Origin: Octopus sinensis
Taxonomy: Eukaryota
Direction: 5' to 3'
Length of the DNA: 64,000 bases
Assembly (NCBI RefSeq): GCF_006345805.1
Contig: NC_043013.1
Coordinates: 41,478,001 to 41,542,000 of the forward strand
The number at the start of each line of letters is the position of its first letter. Position 1 is the stretch's first letter. Shown here piece after piece: positions 23,616-38,356 of this stretch. The position numbers and the translations under genes are program-made. The notes below the pieces were generated by a model that saw only the letters and a list, made by a program, of their open reading frames with translations, had not been told where the DNA came from and did not search any database.

Positions 23616-24053
23616 GCGAATGCTGTACAAAGTGGTCTCACAGGAGGACTAGGAAGAAGGGAAGATAATAAAGTAGTGGTGATCGCAAAACAAAGGTGCG
23701 TGTACATGTCTATGTCAGAACGTGTATGTGCATGTATGTATATATGTATGTATGCATGTATAAAATTTCTTGTGAAATGCACTCTACTTTCAAAAGACCT
23801 TTCATAATAAACAATAATAGATGGCTACGAGATTAAGAAGTTTTGTTTAAGTTACCTCTTCTCAGGTTCAGTTCTGATGCTCGGCACTCTGCGCAAATAT
23901 CTTCTCTTATTGTCCCAAGATTACGAATATGTTGTCAGGAAATATGATGTTCGGCAAATGAGCGAAAGGTGCTCTTCAATACGTGTGCATGCGCATGCAT
24001 ATGCGTGCATTTTTGCGCATGTATGTGTGTGCGTGTGTGTGCAATGGCGGTGG

Positions 24054-24085
<32 letters not shown>

Positions 24086-24518
24086 ATACATACACATAAA
24101 CACAAACACACACGTAATCTGGAATCATGTGGTTGGAAGCAAGCTTTTTACCACACAGTCACGCACCCGAGGCGTGGTTATTGCTAGTTGAAAACTATCT
24201 CTTTATAACTAAAAGATTCAACATCATGAAATTGATGGAATAAGTTCGGAACGAATACAAATTTCCATCTGGTTGTCTAAATCTTTCAAGGTAGTGCTCA
24301 AGCATGGCCGTAGTTTTGTGACTTAAACAAGTAAACGAATAAAATTGAAAAAGAATACTTTTCGAATGGCTTAAATAAAAATACATAAATTTAAGTTTTC
24401 TATTTCTTTATTCATTTATTATTTTACGTGGAATAGCAACTGGATTACGTCCATGCTGGAGCATCACCTTGTAGTGGTAAATTAATCCATCAACCCCAAT
24501 GCGCTTATTCTCTGTATG

Positions 24519-24864
24519 TTATTACCTCCGCCTTCGCTAAGGCGGAGGTATTGTTTTCAGTTGCGTTTATTTGTTTGTCTATGGAAAGGATATCTCAAGA
24601 ACTGCTGGATGGATTCGGATGAAAATTTCAGGGATGTTTGGCCTCGTGACTGGCACGAACGGATTAGATTTTGCGATCAATCTGGTATAGGACAAGGATT
24701 CCGGATTATTTTTCCGGTTTTTTACTTAATTTTTGAGAGCGGTCGGGTTCATTTTTAGTATTCACATTTTAATATTCTCATTTTAAAAATCATCTCCGGT
24801 TAATCGTTGAGAGGACGTTGGTGTTGCCTTGGTGGAGGTTTGCGCTCTCTTAGTGCTCTTGTTT
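24519..24864 (+). mobile_element. DINE-1/HINE-like non-autonomous Helentron (Helitron2) inserted in a SINE C tail
   Basis: 5' TTAT-TACCTCCGCCTT-CGCT-AAGGCGGAGGTA, a perfect 12-bp palindrome. 3' CCTTGGTGGAGGTTTGCGCTCTCTTAGTGCT. SINE C tail sequence continues on both sides. Confidence 0.75.
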
Positions 24865-25091
24865 ATTCTATCGGGATCATTTGAATATCGCTAATTTATG
24901 GGGACGTAAACAAACCAACACTGGTTGCCAATCGTTACGGGGACAAGCACGTCGAGACTCATGTTGGGACAAACTTGATAAACAGACCAAAGTGCTGCAT
25001 AGAGGAACTGAACCCAAAAAGCCTGTAGTTGCAAACCTAACTTCTTAACTACACATCCAAGCGTAGGCGAATGCATATTAAAATTAAACGT

Positions 25092-25273
25092 GGCGGCTCA
25101 GGCACAGCTGTGTGGTAAGAGACTTGCTTCCTAACCACATGGTTCCACGTTCAGTCCCACTGCATGGTACCTTGGCCAAGTGTCTTCTACTATATCCTCG
25201 GGCTGCCCAAAACCTTGCGAGTGGGTTTGGTAGACGGAAACTGAAAGAGCCCGTCGTATATATATATATATAA

Positions 25274-25356
<83 letters not shown>

Positions 25357-25565
25357 TGTGTCTGTGTTTGTTCACCCCCAACATCGCTTGACAACCGATG
25401 CTGGTGTGTTTTCGTTCCCGTAACATAGCCGTTCGGCAAAAGTGACCGATAGACTAAGTACTAGGGTTACAAAGAATAAGTCCTGGGGTCGATTTCCTCG
25501 ACTAAAGGCGGTGCCCCAGCATAGCCACAGTCAAATGACTGAAACAAGTAAACGAGTAAAAGAGT
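25092..25565 (+). mobile_element. SINE family C, full length
   Basis: tRNA-like head GGCACAGCTGTGTGGTAAG...GGTTCCACGTTCAGTCCC, CCTTGGCCAAGTGTCTT, internal (TA)n(GT)n, tail ending AAGTAAACGAGTAAAAGAG. Confidence 0.9.
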
Positions 25566-26309
25566 ATCCATAAACAAAGAGAGAGAGGGGGGAGGGGGAG
25601 GGGGAGGGAGAGAGAGAGAGCGGGGAGGGATGGTGGAAGGATATAGCGGGCGAAACATCAAAACCAGAGAAACAATAAAATGGCTTTTATCAAATAAGTC
25701 AGCATTGAATGAGCAACGCCAAATAGGTGGCGACAGAACGGCTGTGCCAAAATGTTTCATAATCACCTGCACTTTATCATCATCAGCAAACGCCGAAAAT
25801 ACCCATTAGAGAAAGATATTCGTTTTATATAGACAGACAATGCCCAAACCAAAGTCACACCGTCGAACTACTGGGAATTCAAATATGACCTCGCCGTATG
25901 GCTGAAATTAACCATAAAAGTCAGAGCAGAGCTGTTATAGTAATTAATATAGAAATAAATATACACACTTGCTGCACCTTCATCGGGAGGTGTCAGACAG
26001 ATTAGTAAGAGAATATTATTGATTTTATTCACACTGTAATAGCATTCCCAGTGGAGAGTAATTTTCACTGAAAGGTTTCACACGCACAAAGTTCGTATTT
26101 GAAGTCTACATATTTTGGCTTTATATGATATATTTTGATTTAGAATTTTGGAATTATTAGGCTGGATATACAAGTAGTAACTTTTTTTTTTTATCTAAGT
26201 GGTATCTCTGATGTCTGATAATGACGTTGCTGGACGAACTGTACGTTCGCAAGAAACATATTTTATGTCCGAGAAAATTTTTTTGTAGAATGCATATGTG
26301 AGTGTGTGT

Positions 26310-26352
<43 letters not shown>

Positions 26353-26821
26353 TAATGAGAGAATATATTAACCTCTAATAGGAAGGGATGGCTGTATCCA
26401 AGGAAAGTATTGTGAGTGAATGAAATTCCCTTAGAACAATAGGTATATATTAAGCATATATTTTATATTCATTTTAAAGAAAGGAAAACGGAGATAAGGA
26501 AGTTAATAATTGTTTATGATTAGCAAATTGGTCATCCTCGCTTCTTACAACCGTTTCAATTAATACTCAATCATTTAATAACAAAATTGTACATTAAATT
26601 TACATTTATGTGACATGAGTATAATTTCATCAGGCGGAAAAAAAAAAACAAGATGCACCATTAAATGTTATATGTGGGCTATCAATTTATTTCTGCCGAG
26701 TATTAAGAGAAACGGCTGTAAGAAGCGAAGATGACCAATTTGTTAATAATAAACAATTATTGTATTTCTTATCTCCAGTTTCACTTCTTCTTTTAAATAT
26801 ATATGTATATATGTATATATA

Positions 26822-26858
<37 letters not shown>

Positions 26859-27106
26859 TGTAGCTTTCATCTTTTACTTGCATCAGTCAGTCATCAGACT
26901 ACGACACCATGCTGGGGCACTATAATGAAGAATTTTAGTCGAACAAATCGATCTCAATATCTATAAATAGTATTATATTTTAAGCCTATCATTTAGTCTA
27001 TCGTTCTTTCTCTCGAAAGCTGAGTTAGAGTACGAGAACATAAACATATTAACACCGGTTCTCAAACGGTGGAGGGGACAGCCACACAGACACAAAAAGA
27101 CACGCA

Positions 27107-27154
<48 letters not shown>

Positions 27155-28187
27155 ATATAATCTATATAAATATATATATATTATATATATAATATAGTTA
27201 TATTATATTACGACGGTCTAATATTATTATACTGAATTATACTTGTATGGTTGGAATAATAATTTATTCCCTAATATATATTATTATAAATATATATATT
27301 ATATATATATATATGTGTGTATGTATGTATGTATGTATGTATGTATGTATATACGTGTGGTGATGGTGGGTGTTAGCGTGTGTGTATGTGTATTCTACTT
27401 GTTTTAGTCATTGGACTGCAACCATTCTGGAGTACCGCCTTTTGGTGTTTAGTCGATCGAATTCTTATCCTTCTTCTATCGCATATCATTTCGCTGAACC
27501 GCTATGTCCTCCAAACAGGAACAGGAAGAAACTTACATCGGTTGCCAAATTGCAAATGACAAATACACACAACCCATCTCTCTTCCTTCTCTCTTTCTCT
27601 CTCTTCCTTCTCTCTTTCTCTCTCTTCTCTCTCTTCCTTTTCTATCTCTCTCTCCTTCTCTCTCTCCCCCTCTCTCTCTCACTCTCCCTTTCTCACTCTA
27701 ACTCAAGTTTGTAATTTCGCTTAAGCCATTTAAAAAAATATATTTTAATTATTTTATAGCTCAAAATTTGAATTTATGAATTTTTATCAAGAACTTTTGG
27801 TAAGGCATTGTACAAAAGGAAATATTCTCGCTATACTATCCTTGAGTGTGTTTCCCTGTAACGCAGCTTATTGTATAAAGGACCACATTTTCCTCTCGTT
27901 CTCTAACATCTCCCGCTATATATTTTCATTCGTCTCTCTCTCTCTCTCTCTCTTTCCCTTTCCTTTCTTTTCATGTTCACCTCATTGCCTCTTCGTCTAT
28001 CACCGTACATTTCGTTGATTTTAACATATCATGTCTTTTATTCTCAGCCTTTTCATCTAAAATACTTTGTCAACCATTAAATGTTTAATGCTAAATTTTT
28101 AATTTCAGAATCTCGGTATTTATAAACCTCGGTTTGAGTAAACATTAATCACCTATACATACAACCACGCGCGCGCGCGCACACACA

Positions 28188-28230
<43 letters not shown>

Positions 28231-28626
28231 CATAAAGATCTCGCTTTGGCATTGCGATGCTAATAACCTGGTATTCGATTTCATTATACATATCCTTCAG
28301 AATAGAATGTTAGACGAATACAAAGCATAATATGAAATTAAGTAAATGACAGGAAAACAGAAATTATGTAAACAACTTCATTAACTCACTGCTGTTTCTG
28401 CTATAGGGTGTAATGCACTCAGAGCTGAATGTTTTACATATCTATGTAAATGCACGTCAAATTAAAAGCTGCTCTGAGGAAGCGATAAGGCGATACTAAA
28501 ACTCTCACCAAACTGCGTCCTATAGCAGAATCAGCTGTAAGACAATAAAGTAGATTACATCATCATCATCATCATCATATAAAAATATGATTGCCAGTAT
28601 TCAATCTAGTATATATTGAGTTATTC

Positions 28627-28689
<63 letters not shown>

Positions 28690-28690
<1 letters not shown>

Positions 28691-28876
28691 TTGTGGTCTG
28701 TGTTTGTCTCCCCTAAAATCGCTTGACAACCGATGCTGGTGTGTTTACGCCCCCGTAACTTAGCGGTTCGGCAAAAGAAACCGATAGAATAAGTACTAGG
28801 CTTGCAAAGAATAAGTCCTGGGGTCGATTTGCTCGAGCATGGCCGCAGTCAAATGACTGAAATAAGTAAAAGAGTA
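28690..28876 (+). mobile_element. SINE family C, 3' half
   Basis: TCGCTTGACAACCGATGCTGG...GCATGGCCGCAGTCAAATGACTGAAA. Confidence 0.85.
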
Positions 28877-28919
28877 ATGTTTGTATAAGTAAAGAAACAC
28901 GCACAGGATCTTTTCAATA

Positions 28920-29760
28920 TCGTGGCCAGGACCGCAGATCTTTCTAGTTAACTAAATAATTTGAAACTTCGTGTACTCGTAGAGTATCTCAAAACAAGAC
29001 ACAAGTTAGAACTAGTTTATTTGAGAAAAATCTATTTTATGACTTTAATCGTAGATTAAAACTGCGAATTTTACCCATGAGATTGCTTGTGTTCACATAT
29101 AATACGTTACTGCATTCTGTTAGTGTGACGTAGAAAGAAAGCAGTTTTGTGTGACGTAGCAACTGTGCAATTTGAGGCTAATAAGCACGTGTGTATCCAG
29201 TTATTTTCTTGTGTTGAGAGACGAAAGAGTTATAGTTTTACATACACACACACATAGATACACACACACACACACACACATACATACACACACATACATA
29301 CATAGATACATACACACACACATACATACAGATACACATACACCGAGTATTCACTCGAAAAAAATTAACATCGTTATAGTTTTACATACACACACACACA
29401 TAGATACACACACACACACAACACATAGATACACACACACACACACACACATACATACATACACATACATACAGATACACATACACCGAGTATTCACTCG
29501 AAAATAGTTTGTTTACATTTCAGATACCACATGTTTAATACGTCACGGAAATTGGTGGTCGAGGGAGTAAATAATATGAAGCCGAATGACGGAATACCAT
29601 TGGTCAAAATTCTAATTATTAAACAATGTTAAACTTAGAAGTTACAATTCCGTTTTCATTCTGGTTTTACAATTAAGTGTACTTTTGACACATATCTACC
29701 AGTATACGAAGTTTCAAATTGTTTGGTTCAGTAGGAAAAATTTGGAAAAACTGGCTTCAC
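28920..29760. mobile_element. MITE-like element with long imperfect inverted arms and an internal ~140-bp tandem duplication
   Basis: AATTTGAAACTTCGTGTACTCGTAGA (~28955) is inverted to TCTACCAGTATACGAAGTTTCAAATT (~29695). GTTATAGTTTTACATAC...ACACCGAGTATTCACTCGAAAA occurs twice (29229-29505). Confidence 0.55.
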
Positions 29761-30252
29761 AAATGAAAAGATCCCACGCACAAACACATCTACACACCCC
29801 TACACACACACACACACATTCACACACACACAGACTCGCACATATACACTTACAGATATAAACAGAGTTGGGAACGTCGTGTCAGCTCGCGACAAAACTG
29901 GCCTACCAAGACGTGAAGCAGGCCAGAGGGCGGATGTGGCGGAAGTTTACACACAGATATGTGTATGTGCGTGCGTGTGTGGATATATGTTATAATGTCT
30001 GTGCTTGTGTATAATGTGTTTTAGAAAATATGTCTAAGTGTATCTTCTCAGATCTTTAGTATGTAATTACAATCGGGTTGAACCCCATGCTTTAATTCAT
30101 TTCCTGTTCATCATGGAACGTTTTGCCGCTTTCAGAATGTTTCAGAACATACACATAAACAACCAACGCTCTCTCTTCTCTCTCTCCTCTCTCCGCTCCC
30201 TCCCTCTTCTCTTATCTCTCTCTCTCTCTCTCTCTTTATCTCTCTATCTCTC

Positions 30253-30293
<41 letters not shown>

Positions 30294-30443
30294 CAATCTT
30301 TTCAGTGTTCTACGTCGGTATTTCTCTTTCTCTTCTTAAACTCATTTTACGCTCTGTCCCCTTTTCTCTTACAACTTTCTACTATTATATCCCCCTTTTT
30401 CTCGCTCCTATCCGCTCCCTCTCGCTCTCCCTTGTTCTGTCTA

Positions 30444-30478
<35 letters not shown>

Positions 30479-31179
30479 CTACTTATATTTTTCTTCTTTT
30501 CTAGTCTTTCGCTCTTTGTCCCATATCTCCTTATCTCTCCCATAATCTCTGCTCCTCAATCGTCACCTCTTCCAATCAACTGCCTATCCCCCTCTCTCTC
30601 TCCCTTTCTCCCTTCTCTCTGTCCCTCTCACTCTCTCTCTTCTCTCTCACTGTCTTTCTCTCTATCTCTCTCTCACTTCTATTGTTCTTTCCTTTCTCTC
30701 TCGCTTTCCATCTCGCCCACTTTTATCATACATCCTTACAATTTCCCTTTTCTCAGGGTCATTTCTTTTTATTTACATTTTATATCTCCAATCTCTCAGT
30801 TTGTAGTCTCAGTTTGCGTCTTTCATTATCCTTGCAATTTCATATCTATTTAAAATCGCATTTGTTTCAGTTTCTCTATAACTTCCGTTTGTATTAATAT
30901 GTAGCGAATCATTCATAAATGATAAGACTATATTTCTTCGTTTGAACTTACACCCGTGAAATATCATTTTCCATTTAAATAAATTACAATAAACTAATAC
31001 TCTGTTTTCACTAACTGATGCATTTTATTTGCGGCAACATTACGAAAGTCAAATTTTCTTGTTGCAAATTCAAACCTAGCTTTCCCTTTTATGAGCGATT
31101 CGCTACAAAGAATATTCCTACTATAAAGCTAAAATCACTTTGGAACATCACAAGCCGAATGAAATTCTTCAAAATCTGC

Positions 31180-33375
31180 CTTTTGCATGATTTCCTACGC
31201 CTCACATTTCATGGTTTGAGACAATTCATTTCACCTCACGCATCAAAGTTAAAATCCTTCCTATCATTTTGCGGCTGGTAAGTTTACAAAGATGCATCTA
31301 AGAAAATTGTGTTAGATTAGAACTGATCAAAAATATCCGACGATGGGTTCTTACACGCATCTACGAGATGCAGTCAATAATGATGAATTTGGAGAAAAGT
31401 TTGAATAGCTTTGCATTCTTTCTCCAAATTATTCTGGTAGTCCTCGACTCTGAAGGGAAGAACACAAGATACAACCCATATATTCGTCGTATCCACTACT
31501 CAGAATTCTTCATTACTTTCAGCTGCAATCCATATGAAAAGATATTTAAGAAGAGACACAGTAGAACTTAAGATGTGTTTAACGTAAAATGGCAAAATGG
31601 GGGCTACCCATAGTTTGATCCGATTAAGAATAAATATTCACCTCAATCGATTTGATTCCCTCATATCTGAATTTTTTTTCAATGTTGAAAAACTCTCAGG
31701 CGGTGAGCTGGCAGAGTCGTTAGCACGCCGGGCAAAATTCTTAGCGGCATTTCGTCCATCTTTACGTTCTGAGTACAAATTCGGCCGAGGTCGACTTTGC
31801 CTTTTATCTTTTCAGAGTCAATAAAATAAGTACCAGTTGAACACTGGGGGGTCGATGTAATAGACTTACCCACTCCCACAAAATGCTGACCTTGTGCCAA
31901 AATTTGAAACCGATATTGAAGAACTGTTCAATATTGTCAAAGTAAAAAAATAGACGATCTACGGATATTGTAGAGCACTCAACGAGAGTGGCATGGAAGA
32001 CAAAACAGCAGCAAAGTTTCCAACGCTATCTTTCAAGCCGAGCCAAACACGTGAAGATGGCTATCCCTCTTGCAGAGTAATAGAAGCAGAGGCTTAGAAT
32101 ACTTTGTAGGGCTTCATGAAAATCACAACTGTTGAATAGTTCTCTACTGGACACGCATGACTCCGCAATTTGATAAATCTGCCAAACGTTTCAACAATGG
32201 CTCTGAGAATACAAATCTATAAACTTACCCAATTCTAGATGGGGACATGCAGCAACATAAATGAGGAATTCTGTTATTTATTTATTAATCTTTAGATTTA
32301 TTTTTCTTGGTCCATTCATGAAAGAGAACACATTCTACCTCCAAGATTCTCTTTGACTTAGATACAAATGACTCAACAATCTTGGAGGTGGAAATTCGGA
32401 AGAGGTACCTATTGGTTGTCTATGACGAATGTACAGTGGTACATAAATGACCTCAGGAGGCCCTGGATTGGAAATTTTAAGACTCGCGCAGAAATGGATC
32501 TCTAATGAGAGGAGATCAGTAGCCTGACAGAGACCCTACTATTGAAGAAAAGAACGGTAATGCCCATACCTGGTATTAATTGTCATCGCCTTGAGCCAAA
32601 GTGAAAACCCTTAAACTATCAAGAAACATGAAAATCCATCTGCTTGGAGATCAGATATTTGGTGAAATTGCTAAAACTTTGATATAGATTAGAGATGGAA
32701 GATGGCTATCCAGCATTAATGACCCCACGGTCCCAGCTCCTATAGGCACACTGGGTAAGATAGAAGACAACTTAATGTTTAGGGTATTCCTAACCAGCAG
32801 CATTATTAACTGACACACACGTGGTTGTGTGAGACTGCAATACTTGCAGCCATAATACTCTGGTCAACAACATCGGAGACACTTCCAGAAAAAAGTTTTA
32901 CCTGAAAAATCAATGTATGCCATTATGGAGCAAGAAGTGGTTCACTGTCCGACAGAATTTTAAGATTCCTTAGAATCTTCAAACTACATCAATATAGACA
33001 CCATGTTAAAAGAAAAGGGCCACCCAATAACGTGGCAGCATCATTTAGATCAGTTAGAGCTGTGCAATGACACAAGTCTAATTGGCTGAGAAGTTTTTAC
33101 CTCCTATTATAACTATTACTATGCCAATGGAGATGATACAAGAATTTCCAGGAATCTACCCATATTAGCTGATGCGTTATTTCGAAGACTTCGGTTTCTC
33201 GTTTACTTAGTCTTTTCCAAGGGTAAAATTGAACGCTTCCTAGATTGCATTTTGATGAATTATGTCCTTCTCGTGGTCAATCTGATGCAGGATATTCAAG
33301 CGCTGGAAAACTTTAGAATATTTTTTTATATTCCCCGGATGTAAAACCGATGACATTGTGTTTCTCGAAGCGCTT
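31180..33375 (+). pseudogene. Second, heavily decayed Helitron RepHel relic (interrupted by SINE B)
   Basis: Hand-translated fragments: YTHLRDAVNND, FFITFSCNP, degenerate WQKxGLPH at ~31589, EDGYPSCR, helicase LVVYDECTVVHK, VKTLKLSRNMKIH, WLCETAILA, EVVHCPTEF and FIFPGCKTDDIVFLEAL. Confidence 0.8.
31698..31918 (+). mobile_element. SINE family B
   Basis: AGGCGGTGAGCTGGCAGAGTCG head, core and tail. Confidence 0.9.
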
Positions 33376-33414
33376 GCATTTAATTGTTCAAAATTACCAG
33401 GACTATGAAAGATA

Positions 33415-33835
33415 TAGATTTAATATAGTTTCAAATCTGGGCACAAGGACAGCAATTTTAGAGAAAGAGGTAGGTCGCTTACATCGATCCCATTGCTCAA
33501 CTGGCACTTACTTTAGTGAATTCGAAAGGATGAAAGAGAAGGTCGACTTCATCGGCATTTGAACTCAGAATACAAAGAACCAGATGAAATACTGCTTAGC
33601 ATTTTGTCCGATGCATTTACGATTGCGACCAATCGCAGTCTTAATTATATTATAGACACAAAGAATAAAATTTGAGTGGAAGAGGTAGTCGATTAAATTA
33701 ACTCCAGTACTCATCTGGTATAATACTTAATTTATCGACCTCAAAGAAATGAAAGGAAAAGTCAACCTAGCTGGAATTTGAACTCAGAATGTAAAGAGTT
33801 ATAGGAAATGTTACTAAGCATTTTGTCCGACGCGC
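33415..33835 (-). mobile_element. Two adjacent decayed SINE B copies
   Basis: CGAAAGGATGAAAGAGAAGGTCGAC (33520s) and GAAATGAAAGGAAAAGTCAACC (33745s). Confidence 0.75.
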
Positions 33836-35113
33836 CTATTTAAATCTAACATTACTGAAGCTGGGGTTCATTGCAATTCTACACATCATTATTTATTGCT
33901 GCACTGGTTCAAATATGTGGATATGTGGTTTTCCTTGAGGTTCTACATTTGCAACACGTTTTAACAATAATTTTTTTTTCATGAATGGTTTATCTCCTAA
34001 CACACCGGTTTCTACTCTATTCTTAAATTACTGAAGCAGAAATGGAGTATAAAGAGTATGTCACGAATGACGACGAAAGGAATTTGACAAATCTAGCTCA
34101 CTGGTTGATCGATTGATCGACCGGGCGAATAATGAAACAATCGATTATTTATTTTGTTAAATGATTAACCAATTTACTAATAGTAATGTTATAACAAATA
34201 AAATACAACCTCCGTTTGTGTGTGCTTGTTATTGGCATAATAAACTTCTCTAGATACAACAGAATTTGGAAACTGTATATTTCAAAATAGAAGACAGAAC
34301 ATGGCATTAAAAAGTAGATAACTTATTTTCACGTTCATTTAATCCTGTTTTCTTATTTAGCATGTTATATTTTTCATTTGCATAATTAAATTAGGATATA
34401 TACTATTCATACTGAACACGTATCTTTAGTTCATTACAACAGACACTGGAGTGATACAGACGCTGGGGAAAGCAGTTTCGTCTTTTAAAGAAAGATAAAT
34501 ATTCAAGAGAAATATAAGAGATTTCTTTAAGCCGAACATGCCTTCATTACAAACAATTTTATGCTATATATTATATATGTGAATGTGTGTGTGTGTGTAT
34601 GTGTGTGTGTGTGTGTGTATTTATGTGTGTATATATATGTATATATCCATCCATAATTCCTGCTGGAACATTGCCAGGTAATCTGCTAGTAAGTATACAT
34701 GTATGTATATATGTATGCAACATGTATGTGTGTATGTGTCTCTATGCGATACACATTTATAATATGTATGTATATGTATGTGTGTATGAGTATGCAAGTG
34801 ATATATATATATATATATATATACATATGTATATGTGATTGATATATATATATAATGTATATATATATATATATATATGTATGTATTTACACACACACAT
34901 ATATATATATGCATATATTTAAGGGTATAGCTAACTACGCATCTATTTATCTATCTATATGTCTATCAATGCCCGTCTATGAGTATGTGTATATATATGT
35001 GTGTGTGTATGTGTATGTGTGTGTTTTGTGTGTGTGTACGTATATAAACAATTATATATATATATAGCTATATATGCATACATATACATACATATATATA
35101 CATACATACATAC

Positions 35114-35153
<40 letters not shown>

Positions 35154-35554
35154 ACACACACATATATGGGAACGTATGCGTGTGTGCGTGTACATCTCCA
35201 ATTTATGATTATTTGTATATCACTGAATTTCTAGTGAATTATATTGTATTGTATTGTATTACACTCCGGCGTTACCTCTTTGTTGTCTTTATAGCAAATA
35301 GAACCGCCACCACCACCGCCACCACCACCACCACAACCACCACCTCCACCACTACCACCACTACTCCTACGTTTATTGGTTGCAGCGATTTCTGCTGCTC
35401 CTGCTGTTGTTGTTATTGCTATTGTTATTATTATTATCATTATTATTATTATTATTTTATTAGTATTATTATTATTATATTAGTATTATATTATTATATA
35501 TTATTATTATTTTTATTATCATGTTATTGTTATTATATTATTATTTTATTATTA

Positions 35555-35592
<38 letters not shown>

Positions 35593-35624
35593 GTATTTTT
35601 ATTATATTTTTATTATTATTATTA

Positions 35625-35669
<45 letters not shown>

Positions 35670-36066
35670 ACTGTGTTCGTTACTGTTCTTCATACTGTTT
35701 GTACATTACTCAGACAACAACACAAAACTAATATATACACATGTAAATATTTTTTCTTTGTCTGTACTATTGTGAGTGTGCGCGTTTCTTTTTTTTCTTA
35801 GTCTTTTAGATTTGTTGTTGTTGTTTTTAATCCAACTATATTGTCTTTTTGCTTTTGTTATCTTGTTTTGTTTTAGTTCGGTGGGGATTTTTGCATTTAT
35901 TTTTCATTTTCTCTTCTTCTTCTTTTCAGTATATTACGGTGTCCGTTCTATCAACCCAGCGTGGCTTTTAATTAAATTCACCATCTTAACCTAGTGTTCA
36001 GTCAGTAAAAGAAAAATAAATTTATCATATAGCTATGTCTATACGCCTATGAAGTGTGTGTATGTA

Positions 36067-36187
<121 letters not shown>

Positions 36188-36196
36188 GTCTGTCTG

Positions 36197-36227
<31 letters not shown>

Positions 36228-36252
36228 AATATACGTGTGGGTGTATACATAC

Positions 36253-36288
<36 letters not shown>

Positions 36289-36472
36289 ATGTGTTTGTGC
36301 GTGTGTGTGTATGTATGTATGCATATATATATATATATATCTTATATATATATATATATATATTTATGGTATGTAGATATATATATATAGCACACACATG
36401 TACGTATACATTTATGTATGTATATATGTATATATATATTATATATACGTATATATATGTATAATGTGTATG

Positions 36473-36503
<31 letters not shown>

Positions 36504-36698
36504 TGTAAATATATATATACATGCATCGATGCATACACACACACACACAAAATACATATTATACATAATGCTTGTAAAACTAAGTGCACGCGTGTTTATG
36601 CATTCATACATAGTTATAAGCACACATACGTACTGCTATATATGTATGTATATAGATTGATAGATAGATAATGTACATATATATATATATCATATATA

Positions 36699-36752
<54 letters not shown>

Positions 36753-37306
36753 ATATATATATACACGCACACATACGTATATATACCTTCATATACGTAC
36801 ACATGCATACATGTATGCACACACAAACACACATATACACAAACACACATATACACACACATATACATGACACTTGGACATAAACAAACTCATAAACTTC
36901 TACTCACATTTACTTGCATACACATACACACATACACACACACACATATACACACATATGTACACACACGCATACATCCGCTCGAACAAACACGTTTGTG
37001 TATAAACATACACTCAAACTAAATAGTCTTTATCTTGTTCATTTGTTTGTTTTTAAACCAATTCCATTGTAGAATGAAAGATGATGTGAAGTGTGGTAGA
37101 ATGTTTCTGCAAATAATATTGACTTCTAAGTCTGACACTACAGCTCTGAAGACGGCAAGTAGCACTGTGAATGACAGAATTCTCTTAATTAAATTGAATC
37201 GCCAAAAAATATATTTCTGATGTCGTCTGCCACGTAAATGAATTCCAACCAAAAATTATTGAAAATCGAGCTGAGAGTAAAGGACACATAATAACTCGTA
37301 GCCGTG

Positions 37307-37344
<38 letters not shown>

Positions 37345-37622
37345 TATTATATATATATATATATATAGATAGATAGGATTAGTAGATAGATAGATAGATA
37401 GGATAGATAGATAGATGATAGATTAGATAGATAGATAGATAGATAGATGAATATTATATAGAGAGAGAGAGAGAGACCAGACAAAGACAGAGACAGAGAC
37501 AGACAGACAGACAGATTTATAGATAGAGAGATGATAGATAGTAGATAGATAGCAGATAGGTAGGTAGGTAGGTAGGTAGGAGGAGGTAGGTAGGTAGGTA
37601 GGTAGGTAGGTAGGTAGGTGGG

Positions 37623-37737
<115 letters not shown>

Positions 37738-38053
37738 GTAGGTAGGTAGATAGATAGATGAAGAGAGCGAGAAAGAGGGAGACCGGGAGAGAGAGAAGCA
37801 GAAATTCCAAGGAATGGAAAATGCCAGAGACAGGCACTGCTACAAAGGAAGTCGCTGGGAGACGTAGAACTAAGAAAGAAACCAGTGAAACACAAAGACA
37901 CAAAGACAAAAGTGATTATGAGAGACACAGAGAGACACAAAGTGGAGCCAAGCGACACCGAAATGCAAAGAAATTTAGATTAAAAAACAAATAGGGATAT
38001 AGCGACGAAGAATAGCATTGAGACACAAAAAGATATTGTGACATACAGATACA

Positions 38054-38110
<57 letters not shown>

Positions 38111-38255
38111 TAGAAATACATAGAAATATATAGACATATTTTGTTAAAGGAGCAAAATTGTTATAATGTTTTGGACGATAACTGATAGGGAAAGAACATG
38201 TCCACCTTTTGTGTTTGAATTTTCCGTGTGTTCCTTTGACGTGTAGGATGTTGAA

Positions 38256-38356
<101 letters not shown>

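Noticed and set aside
30038-30853. 271-aa Leu/Ser-rich ORF
   Set aside because: CT-rich low-complexity tract; the composition explains the absence of stops.
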